DNA of 64,000 nt from contig JASLIL010000025.1 in assembly GCA_030152145.1 (NCBI GenBank), forward strand, positions 34,528 through 98,527, given 5' to 3'. The notes beneath the pieces are model-generated. The model did not search any database, was not told where the DNA came from, and saw nothing but the letters and a program-made list of their open reading frames with translations. The position numbers and the translations under genes were made by a program. Of the stretch, positions 57,308-64,000 are shown piece by piece. The DNA comes from Tissierellales bacterium. GTDB taxonomy: Bacteria > Bacillota > Clostridia > Tissierellales > JASKZW01. Within the stretch, counting starts at the first letter, position 1. Every line of letters starts with the position of its first letter.

Positions 57308-59086
57308 TTAATCCTCCTCCCCAGAAGCCTTAACCATTTCCTCTAGAAGTTGTTCTTCATGAAGATAGTAGTAGAGACCCTCTTGGTCCCCTAAAAGCTC
57401 CTTGTGGTTGCCGGCCTGAATAATCTCCCCGTCATCTAAGACCAGGATAAGATCGGCATTTTTTATGGTTGAAATCCTATGACTTATTAGAAGCAGGGTC
57501 TTACCAGCCTCTATATTATCTATATTCTCCAAAATCTTTTCCTCTGTATTAGTATCTACACTGGAAAAACTATCATCAAAAATAATAATCTTTGAATCCT
57601 TTACAATTCCACGAGCTATAGACACCCTTTGCTTTTGACCACCAGAAAGGGTAACACCTCTTTCCCCTAAAACTGTATCAAAGCCCTCTGGAAAGTCCAT
57701 AATATTATTATAGACCTCTGAAAACTTAGAAGCAGCCTCAACTTTTTCAAGCTCCATAGGCTGATCCTGGCTAAACTCAATATTTTCCTTTATAGTTCTT
57801 GAAAAAAGAAAGTTATCCTGGGGAACATAGCCTATATGATCCCTAAGACTCCTAAGGCTAAAATCCTTAATATCAATACCATCAATTAGGATTTGACCCT
57901 CATAGTCATCGTAAACCCTAAGAAGAAGTTTAACCAAACTTGTCTTACCACTACCAGTCCTTCCTATTATAGCCAGGGTCTTGTTGGCATCAATCTTAAA
58001 GTTAATATCTTTAAGAGCCTCTACTTCAGCCCTAGGATACTTAAAGGAAACATTTTTAAACTCTATGGAACCATCTATATGGTCTATATCTCTAGCATAC
58101 TCTGTGTCAACTATATCTGGTTTAACATCAAGTATTTCATTTATTCTCTCAAGGGAGGCATTTCCCCTTTGAACTATATTTATAACCCAGCCAATAGCCA
58201 TCATAGGCCATATTAGGACCCCTAGGTAGTTGTTAAAGGCTATAAAGTCACCTAGGCTTATTTCTTCTAAGATAACCATTTGGCTACCATAGATCATAAC
58301 TATAAAGAAGGCTATGGAGGATATAAACTGAACTAGAGGAGGGAACATACCTGAAATCCTAACTAGCTCTAGGTTTTTACTTAGGTTGTCATCATTAACC
58401 TCTAGAAAGTTATCTATAACAAGATCCTCCTGAACAAAGGACTTTATAACTCTGGCTCCAGCAAAACTTTCCTGGGTAATATCTGTAAGCCTAGAAAATG
58501 ACTCCTGTACAATTTTAAACCTCCTGTGTATTAACTTACTAAATCTCTTACCGATTATACTTATAAAAGGCAAAGACACCAGTGATATAAGGGTAAACTT
58601 AAGGTTGGTGGTTTTAACCATAAATATAAGGGTTAAAAGGGCTAGGAAGCTAGCATCGATAACCATCATAATTCCCTGGCCAAAAGTAACCCTAACAGCA
58701 TTAATATCATTTGTGGCATGGGCCATTATATCTCCAGTTTTATTGGTATTGTAGAAATTAGGCGAAAGTGTTAGAAGGTGGTTAAAGAGCTTGTCCCTTA
58801 GGTGGTACTCAAGCCTTCTAGAACTTCCAAATAAGTAGACGCGCCAAAAATATCGGCCAACTGACATGATCAGGCCTAAAACTACTATAATCAGGCTATA
58901 TTTTCCTAGATCCCTAAGGCTTATAGAGCCAGACTGTAGGGCATCTGTTCCCTTCCTAAGAACTTGGGGAACAAAAAGCTGGATAGTATCTACTACAATA
59001 AGGATTAAAATTCCAAGAATATAGTAGCCCTTGTTTTCCCGAAAAAAATCTTCAAGATACTTTAAGTTTTTTCTAAGTTGTCTCAT
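57308..59086 (-). CDS. ABC exporter permease/ATPase subunit, BmrC/YheI-like
   Basis: 592 aa with Walker A GRTGSGKTS and canonical signature LSGGQKQ. Walker B reads IIIFDDSFSSVD, with Asp in place of the catalytic Glu. Confidence 0.85.
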   Translation of the reverse strand: MRQLRKNLKYLEDFFRENKGYYILGILILIVVDTIQLFVPQVLRKGTDALQSGSISLRDLGKYSLIIVVLGLIMSVGRYFWRVYLFGSSRRLEYHLRDKLFNHLLTLSPNFYNTNKTGDIMAHATNDINAVRVTFGQGIMMVIDASFLALLTLIFMVKTTNLKFTLISLVSLPFISIIGKRFSKLIHRRFKIVQESFSRLTDITQESFAGARVIKSFVQEDLVIDNFLEVNDDNLSKNLELVRISGMFPPLVQFISSIAFFIVMIYGSQMVILEEISLGDFIAFNNYLGVLIWPMMAIGWVINIVQRGNASLERINEILDVKPDIVDTEYARDIDHIDGSIEFKNVSFKYPRAEVEALKDINFKIDANKTLAIIGRTGSGKTSLVKLLLRVYDDYEGQILIDGIDIKDFSLRSLRDHIGYVPQDNFLFSRTIKENIEFSQDQPMELEKVEAASKFSEVYNNIMDFPEGFDTVLGERGVTLSGGQKQRVSIARGIVKDSKIIIFDDSFSSVDTNTEEKILENIDNIEAGKTLLLISHRISTIKNADLILVLDDGEIIQAGNHKELLGDQEGLYYYLHEEQLLEEMVKASGEED

Positions 59087-59263
59087 ATGATTCCTCCTTT
59101 ATCTATCTAATCATTATATACAAAAAATTATGAAAACTCAAAATAATAAGGGAGAATGGAAAAGCTTTGGAAATCTTTGCAAATATTTACTAATACTGAT
59201 TATAGCCAATAACATCGGGTATAAAAAGAATATGATAAAACTAATAGAGAGGAGTTTGGGGAA

Positions 59264-59692
59264 ATGAATTTTATTAAAAATATTGAGAAAAAGAGAAAAC
59301 AAAAGGAAATGAAGGACACAGTTAAGAAGGTAGGTGTAGGAGCAGCTATCGGTACAGCAGCAGGGGTTATAACAGGTTTACTCACCGCACCAAAATCAGG
59401 CAAAGAAACTAGAGAAGATATAGCCAAGGCAACAAAGGAAGCAACTGATTCAGCTAAGAAAACTTTAGATGAAACATCAGAAGCTATAAAGGATAAAACT
59501 GATGAGATATCTTCTAATGTAAAAGAGAAGACTGATAAAGTTAAAGATGCAGTTAGAGATAAAGTTGAAGATATGAAAAACAAGGATATGATAGAAGTAG
59601 ATTTATCTAAAAAGGAAGAAGAAGCTAAGGAAGACAAGAAAGATGATAAGAAAGATGACAAGAGAGAAGTTAAAAAAGAGGATAAAAAATAA
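59264..59692 (+). CDS. YtxH domain-containing protein
   Basis: GAAIGTAAGVITGLLTAPKSGKETRED motif, followed by a Lys/Asp/Glu-rich tail. Confidence 0.8.
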   Translation: MNFIKNIEKKRKQKEMKDTVKKVGVGAAIGTAAGVITGLLTAPKSGKETREDIAKATKEATDSAKKTLDETSEAIKDKTDEISSNVKEKTDKVKDAVRDKVEDMKNKDMIEVDLSKKEEEAKEDKKDDKKDDKREVKKEDKK

Positions 59693-59708
59693 TTAGTGGG
59701 TGATATGA

Positions 59709-60179
59709 ATGTCTGCAACGCTAACTGTAGGTGAGCTTTTAACATTTATACTTTGCTTACTTGGTATAGTATTTTTGGGAACCCTAATAGTACTAGTTAG
59801 AAATGCCAGTAAACTAGTTACAGAGGCCAGAATAATGTTTGATACAAATAGGGAGAATCTAAATAGAAGTTTGGAAAATCTTCCGACTATAACCAGCAAT
59901 GTAAATGGCATAACTGAAGATGTAAACAGTATTACTACAGATGTTAAGTTTATAATGGATAACAGTAGTGAAGATCTAACAGAGATAATAGATAATGTCA
60001 ATTCATTTACCGAGGGCTTAGAACATTCTGGTGGAAATGTATTCAATGCTATAGATACAGTTTCAGATAGTGTGTCAGAATCAGCTAATGCCATAGAAAG
60101 TAGTGTAAAAGGAATGTCAGACTATATTGTCTTTGCTATGGATATAGTTGATATAATAAGAAATGGATTAAAAAAATAG
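59709..60179 (+). CDS. DUF948 domain-containing membrane protein
   Basis: N-terminal TM helix followed by coiled repeats (NLNRSLENLPTITSNVNGITEDVNSITTDV), typical of DUF948. Confidence 0.7.
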   Translation: MSATLTVGELLTFILCLLGIVFLGTLIVLVRNASKLVTEARIMFDTNRENLNRSLENLPTITSNVNGITEDVNSITTDVKFIMDNSSEDLTEIIDNVNSFTEGLEHSGGNVFNAIDTVSDSVSESANAIESSVKGMSDYIVFAMDIVDIIRNGLKK

Positions 60180-60211
60180 AGAAAAGAACCTTGAAAAAGG
60201 TTCTTTTCTTA
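60179..60211 (+). terminator. Rho-independent terminator
   Basis: GAGAAAAGAACCTT-GAAA-AAGGTTCTTTTCTT. Confidence 0.8.
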
Positions 60212-60227
60212 GTGTAAGGAGATAATT

Positions 60228-60923
60228 ATGAAGATAATAAGTCATAGGGCCAAGGGCTTTGGACAAATGGAAAACAGCTTAGAGGCCTTTAAGGAAGTGG
60301 CAGGGTCAGATCTAGACGGAGTGGAACTGGATGTCCAGGCCCTAAAAACAGGAGAGCTAGTGGTTTTTCATGATGAGGATTTAAGGAGAATTTTTAAGCT
60401 GGATCTAAGGCTTAAGGACTTGAGTCTTAGGGACTTGGAAAACCTTTCCCTAAGCTATGAGTCAAAGGCAGTGTCTATAGCCAGGTTGGAAGATGTTTTA
60501 CAAGTCTTTAGGGGCAGGGATAAACTTTTAAATATAGAAATAAAGAACAACCTAGAGGACTATCCCCATATAGAGGAGAAGGTCCTGGGGGCCATCTCAG
60601 ACTTTAAGACGGAAAATATCCTCCTGTCCTCCTTTAATCACAATAGCCTAGATAGGTTAAGAAGACTGGAGCCTAGAGTAAGGACAGGGGCCCTCTACTT
60701 TTCAAATATCTATGACCTTTCTGGCTACCTAAATAAACTAGGGGCCTACAGTGCCAACCCCTACTACCTGGCCTTGAAAGATCAGGAGATAGAGGAACTT
60801 AAGAAGGCAAATATAAGAATATTCCCTTTTACAGTAAATAATTCAGCCTATATAAGAAAGTTCAAGGAAATTGGTCTAGATGGTATTATTACTGATAATT
60901 GGGAAAAAGTAAAGAAATTATAG
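60228..60923 (+). CDS. Glycerophosphodiester phosphodiesterase family protein
   Basis: N-terminal IISHRA...ENSLEAF...GVELDV motif of the GDPD family. Confidence 0.8.
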   Translation: MKIISHRAKGFGQMENSLEAFKEVAGSDLDGVELDVQALKTGELVVFHDEDLRRIFKLDLRLKDLSLRDLENLSLSYESKAVSIARLEDVLQVFRGRDKLLNIEIKNNLEDYPHIEEKVLGAISDFKTENILLSSFNHNSLDRLRRLEPRVRTGALYFSNIYDLSGYLNKLGAYSANPYYLALKDQEIEELKKANIRIFPFTVNNSAYIRKFKEIGLDGIITDNWEKVKKL

Positions 60924-60980
60924 TTAAAAAGGGTTATAATAGTTTTAATGTAGAAAATATATGGGAAAGGTTTTGGTAGT

Positions 60981-61868
60981 ATGAAAAAGATAAAAATTAT
61001 ATCAAATCCATCATCAGGTAGACAGAACATACAGAGGGGACTGGATTACTTGGCAACACTCCTCCTAGATGACGGATATATACTGGGGAAATTTAATACA
61101 GCCAAGAAAGATGATGCCATGAATGAGACTATCAAGACATGCAAGGAAGATTGGGATATGATTATTGCCTGTGGAGGAGATGGTACAGTTAATGAGGTAG
61201 CTGCAGGTATAGCCCTAAGTGAAAGAAAGATACCAGTGGCCATACTATCAGCTGGAACAGTTAATGACTTTGCAACTCACATGAATCTTCCAACAGATAT
61301 GGATGAGTTTCATCAGATGATCTTAAATGGCAAGACAACTGTAATAGACCTGGGAAAGGTTAATAATAAATACTTTGTAAACGTAGCAGCCAGTGGCCTT
61401 CTAACAGATGTTGGCTACAAGGTTCAGCCAGAGGCTAAGGCTATATTTGGCAGAATGGCCTACTATGTAGAGGGGTTAAAGGAAATACCTAGACAGACCC
61501 TAAAGCCTATAAGGATGAAGTTTGAATCAGAAGAATACACAAAGGAGGAGGAAGCTCTTTTATTTGTAGTCTCCAATAGTGCTTCTATTGGTGGCTTTAA
61601 GAAGCTAGCTCCAGATGCCAGTGTTTCAGATGGCTACCTAGATGTAGTTATAATAAAGAAGTCTGAGATAGTAGACCTGGCCCAAATCTTTGTAAATATA
61701 TTGAAAGGGGATCATGTAAATCACCCCAATGTTGAATATTTTAAGACCAAGAGTTTAAAGGTTTGGTCAGAAAGAAATTTAACCATAGATATAGACGGGG
61801 AATATGGAGGAAAGCTCCCAGCAGAATTTATAGCTGTCCATCAATCTATGGAGATATTAGTACCTTAA
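60981..61868 (+). CDS. Diacylglycerol/lipid kinase family protein (YegS/BmrU type)
   Basis: NPSSG and GGDGTVNEV motifs. Confidence 0.85.
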   Translation: MKKIKIISNPSSGRQNIQRGLDYLATLLLDDGYILGKFNTAKKDDAMNETIKTCKEDWDMIIACGGDGTVNEVAAGIALSERKIPVAILSAGTVNDFATHMNLPTDMDEFHQMILNGKTTVIDLGKVNNKYFVNVAASGLLTDVGYKVQPEAKAIFGRMAYYVEGLKEIPRQTLKPIRMKFESEEYTKEEEALLFVVSNSASIGGFKKLAPDASVSDGYLDVVIIKKSEIVDLAQIFVNILKGDHVNHPNVEYFKTKSLKVWSERNLTIDIDGEYGGKLPAEFIAVHQSMEILVP

Positions 61869-61879
61869 GGAGGGATAAA

Positions 61880-62881
61880 ATGACAGTGACCATAAAAGAT
61901 GTAGCCAAGCTTGCAGGTGTTTCTATATCAACAGTATCAAGGGTAATAAATAGTTCAAAACCTGTAAGTAATGAAGCAAAACAAAGGGTCATTAAGGCAA
62001 TAGAAGAGCTTGATTATAAACCAAATGAATTGGCAAGAAGTCTAGTTACTAAGAAATCTAACCTGATAGGTGTTATAGTAACAGATATAGGCAAGTCTTA
62101 CATAGCTCAGGCAGTAAGAGGTATAGAGGAAGTGGGTAGGATGTATAAATATGATATTCTTCTTTCCAGCAGCTATGATGATATAAATACAGAGATGAAA
62201 TATATAGACATTTTAAAGAATAAGCAGGTGGAAGGACTTATAATAATATCAGAAAGTTTTGACAAGAGGGTAATTGAAAAACTGGAAGACCTAAAAACAC
62301 CCTACAGCTACCTTAATAGGTATATAAATGACAGTCAACACATAAAGGTCAGTATAGACTATGAGGACACCAGCTATAAGCTTAGCAATCTTTTGGTGGA
62401 AAATAAGTATAAAAAACCCCTCTATATATATAACTCCAAGGAGGAAAATTCTGTTGAAAAAAATAAGATAAGAGGCTATAGAAAGGCCCTGTCATCTTAT
62501 GACCTAGAGGCCAGCACTCTTTACATAGAGGGTAAAAAGTCCAAGGACATCTACGACCAAGGGGACTTTATAATGGAGAAGATTAAGGAAAAATCCATAG
62601 ATTCCCTTTACTTCTGTCAGGATGAACTGGCCATAGGATTTTTAAACTACTGTTATGACAGGGGCATATCTGTACCAGAGGAAATTGGAGTAGTGGGATT
62701 TGGAGGGACAGACACCCATGACTACAGACCAAAGTTGACAACAATTATGTCACCTTTTTATGATATAGGGGCTGTAGCCATGAGAAAGATAGTAAAGGAA
62801 ATAGACAGCCAGGAGATAAATCAGGATATAATAAAGCTGCCAGTACAGATAAAGGCAGGTCAAAGCATAAAAATAAGGTAA
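61880..62881 (+). CDS. LacI family transcriptional regulator
   Basis: N-terminal HTH VTIKDVAKLAGVSISTVSRVIN. GGAGGG lies 7 nt upstream of ATG 61880. The ORF-track extension from 61763 overlaps the kinase gene. Confidence 0.85.
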   Translation: MTVTIKDVAKLAGVSISTVSRVINSSKPVSNEAKQRVIKAIEELDYKPNELARSLVTKKSNLIGVIVTDIGKSYIAQAVRGIEEVGRMYKYDILLSSSYDDINTEMKYIDILKNKQVEGLIIISESFDKRVIEKLEDLKTPYSYLNRYINDSQHIKVSIDYEDTSYKLSNLLVENKYKKPLYIYNSKEENSVEKNKIRGYRKALSSYDLEASTLYIEGKKSKDIYDQGDFIMEKIKEKSIDSLYFCQDELAIGFLNYCYDRGISVPEEIGVVGFGGTDTHDYRPKLTTIMSPFYDIGAVAMRKIVKEIDSQEINQDIIKLPVQIKAGQSIKIR

Positions 62882-62894
62882 AAGAGGGATAAAC

Positions 62895-64000
62895 TTGTTA
62901 GGGGAACTAGTAAAAGCATTTATTTTGATATTTGTAGCAGAAATGGGGGATAAGACCCAGATAATAGCCATGACCTTTGCCACCCAGTATTTGGTTAGGG
63001 AGGTACTTTTGGGAGTGGGTATAGGAGTATTTTTTAACCATGGACTGGCAATTCTTTTGGGAAGGTACTTAAATAGACTCTTTCCCTTGGATAAGATACA
63101 GCTAGCAGCAGGCCTACTTTTCTTGGCCTTTGGATTTCTAGCACTTAGGGATGAAGATGATGAGGAAGAGGGGGAAAGGAAGAAGTTTGGCCCCATACTT
63201 ACAGTAGCACTGGCATTTTTTGTAGGGGAATTGGGAGATAAGACTCAGCTAACAGCTATGACACTTTCTGCTGAGGGAAACTATCCCCTATTTATACTTA
63301 TAGGTACAACTCTAGGCATGATAGCCACCAGTAGTCTGGGTATATTTGTAGGCAAGAAGATAGGAGACAAGATACCAGATTTTTATGTAAAGATAGTATC
63401 CTCTATGGTCTTTGTATTCTTTGGTTCCTTGAAGATAATATCCCAACTACCAAAGGCCTATGTAAACAGCATAAGTATACTGGTCTATATCTTGGTAGTA
63501 GTAGGTCTAGAAGCCTACTTGATAATAAGACTTAAGAGATCAAGAACTGGTAAATCTCAAATTCAAAAGGCAGCAGAAAGACTATATCAGCAAACAGAGC
63601 TTATATCAAAAGCCCTGGAAGATATTTGCCTGGGAGAAGAGAGTTGTGGAAATTGTCAGGGAACTGGGTGTATAATAGGATATACAAAGTATATTCTGAA
63701 AAATGCCAGAGACAATGAAAATTACTTTGTAAAAAGACAGGCCATGGATTTTTCAAAGCTAGACAAGAAATCCTTTGATAGGAACAAACTTATAGATGCC
63801 CTGGTACTTATAGTAAGAGACTACAGTGAATATGGCCATGTGGAAGATGATAGCTTTATAGTAAATGATGTTAGGCACTATCTAGAGTACCTGCTCTTTA
63901 AGGAAGAGGTAGATTACAGGAATCTAGATGATTATATAGAAAAACTAGGCTCCCTTGATCAGGAGCTAGCAAGTATTATTAAGGCTAAAGTATATGATTA
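62895..64000 (+). CDS. UPF0016 (GDT1/TMEM165) family cation transporter with a long Cys-rich C-terminal extension; 3' end beyond the window
   Basis: Own translation from TTG 62895 (AGAGGG upstream) gives LGELVKAFILIFVAEMGDKTQ... and a second repeat FFVGELGDKTQ. These are the two ExGDKT motifs of UPF0016. The frame stays open to position 64000, and it is absent from the ORF track because no stop is reached. Confidence 0.75.
   Translation, partial: MLGELVKAFILIFVAEMGDKTQIIAMTFATQYLVREVLLGVGIGVFFNHGLAILLGRYLNRLFPLDKIQLAAGLLFLAFGFLALRDEDDEEEGERKKFGPILTVALAFFVGELGDKTQLTAMTLSAEGNYPLFILIGTTLGMIATSSLGIFVGKKIGDKIPDFYVKIVSSMVFVFFGSLKIISQLPKAYVNSISILVYILVVVGLEAYLIIRLKRSRTGKSQIQKAAERLYQQTELISKALEDICLGEESCGNCQGTGCIIGYTKYILKNARDNENYFVKRQAMDFSKLDKKSFDRNKLIDALVLIVRDYSEYGHVEDDSFIVNDVRHYLEYLLFKEEVDYRNLDDYIEKLGSLDQELASIIKAKVYD

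Noticed and set aside
59167-59182. TTGGAAATCTTTGCAA in the divergent ABC/ytxH spacer as a sigma-54 promoter
   Set aside because: The GG to GC spacing is 8 nt rather than the required 10.
59200-60094. 181-aa and 133-aa minus-strand ORFs opposite ytxH and the DUF948 gene
   Set aside because: They are Ser/Leu/Phe-rich mirror images of the Lys/Glu/Asp-rich sense genes. The sense genes have recognisable domains and RBSs.

Overview
This is a densely coding, low-GC Firmicutes-type chromosomal segment. Gene content and operon layout suggest Clostridia or Tissierellia, but that is inference only. It is mostly core metabolism, with no CRISPR array, transposase, integrase, rRNA or tRNA gene seen.

Gene blocks from left to right:
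- The truncated 5' end of a SEDS (rodA/ftsW-like) gene.
- A DsrE-like gene, then tRNA-modification and DNA-repair genes (ttcA-like, queG, nth, ogt, trmL), kbl, a VanW gene, a Cof-type HAD hydrolase and a Na/Pi cotransporter.
- A tandem glycine riboswitch followed by a complete glycine reductase operon, trxB-trxA-grdE-grdA-grdB-grdC-grdD. grdA and grdB each carry an in-frame UGA selenocysteine codon, and the supplied ORF track splits both genes.
- A BMP-family ABC importer.
- rpoN followed by the cggR-gap-pgk-tpiA-gpmI-eno operon.
- secG, rnr, smpB and ssrA (tmRNA).
- Two orphan hypothetical genes and three MATE exporters.
- An arcC, M20D amidohydrolase and phosphomutase operon.
- A single-polypeptide NfnA-NfnB-type oxidoreductase.
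- pspC-sdaAB-sdaAA.
- An FHA, SEDS and class B PBP module.
- pepF and nadK.
- A BmrCD-like asymmetric heterodimeric ABC exporter.
- ytxH and a DUF948 gene.
- GDPD, a lipid kinase, a LacI regulator and a UPF0016/GDT1 transporter with an unusual Cys-rich C-terminal extension, truncated at the right edge.

The strongest signal not explained by protein genes is a transcription unit at about 55.07-55.28 kb, delimited by a promoter and a terminator. It would yield an RNA of about 205 nt that I can fold by hand into a closed rod with a large central bubble, which is the 6S-RNA architecture. I found no convincing evidence for a multi-gene novel system such as a defence island. The remaining findings are regulatory or architectural oddities and need computational or experimental checks.
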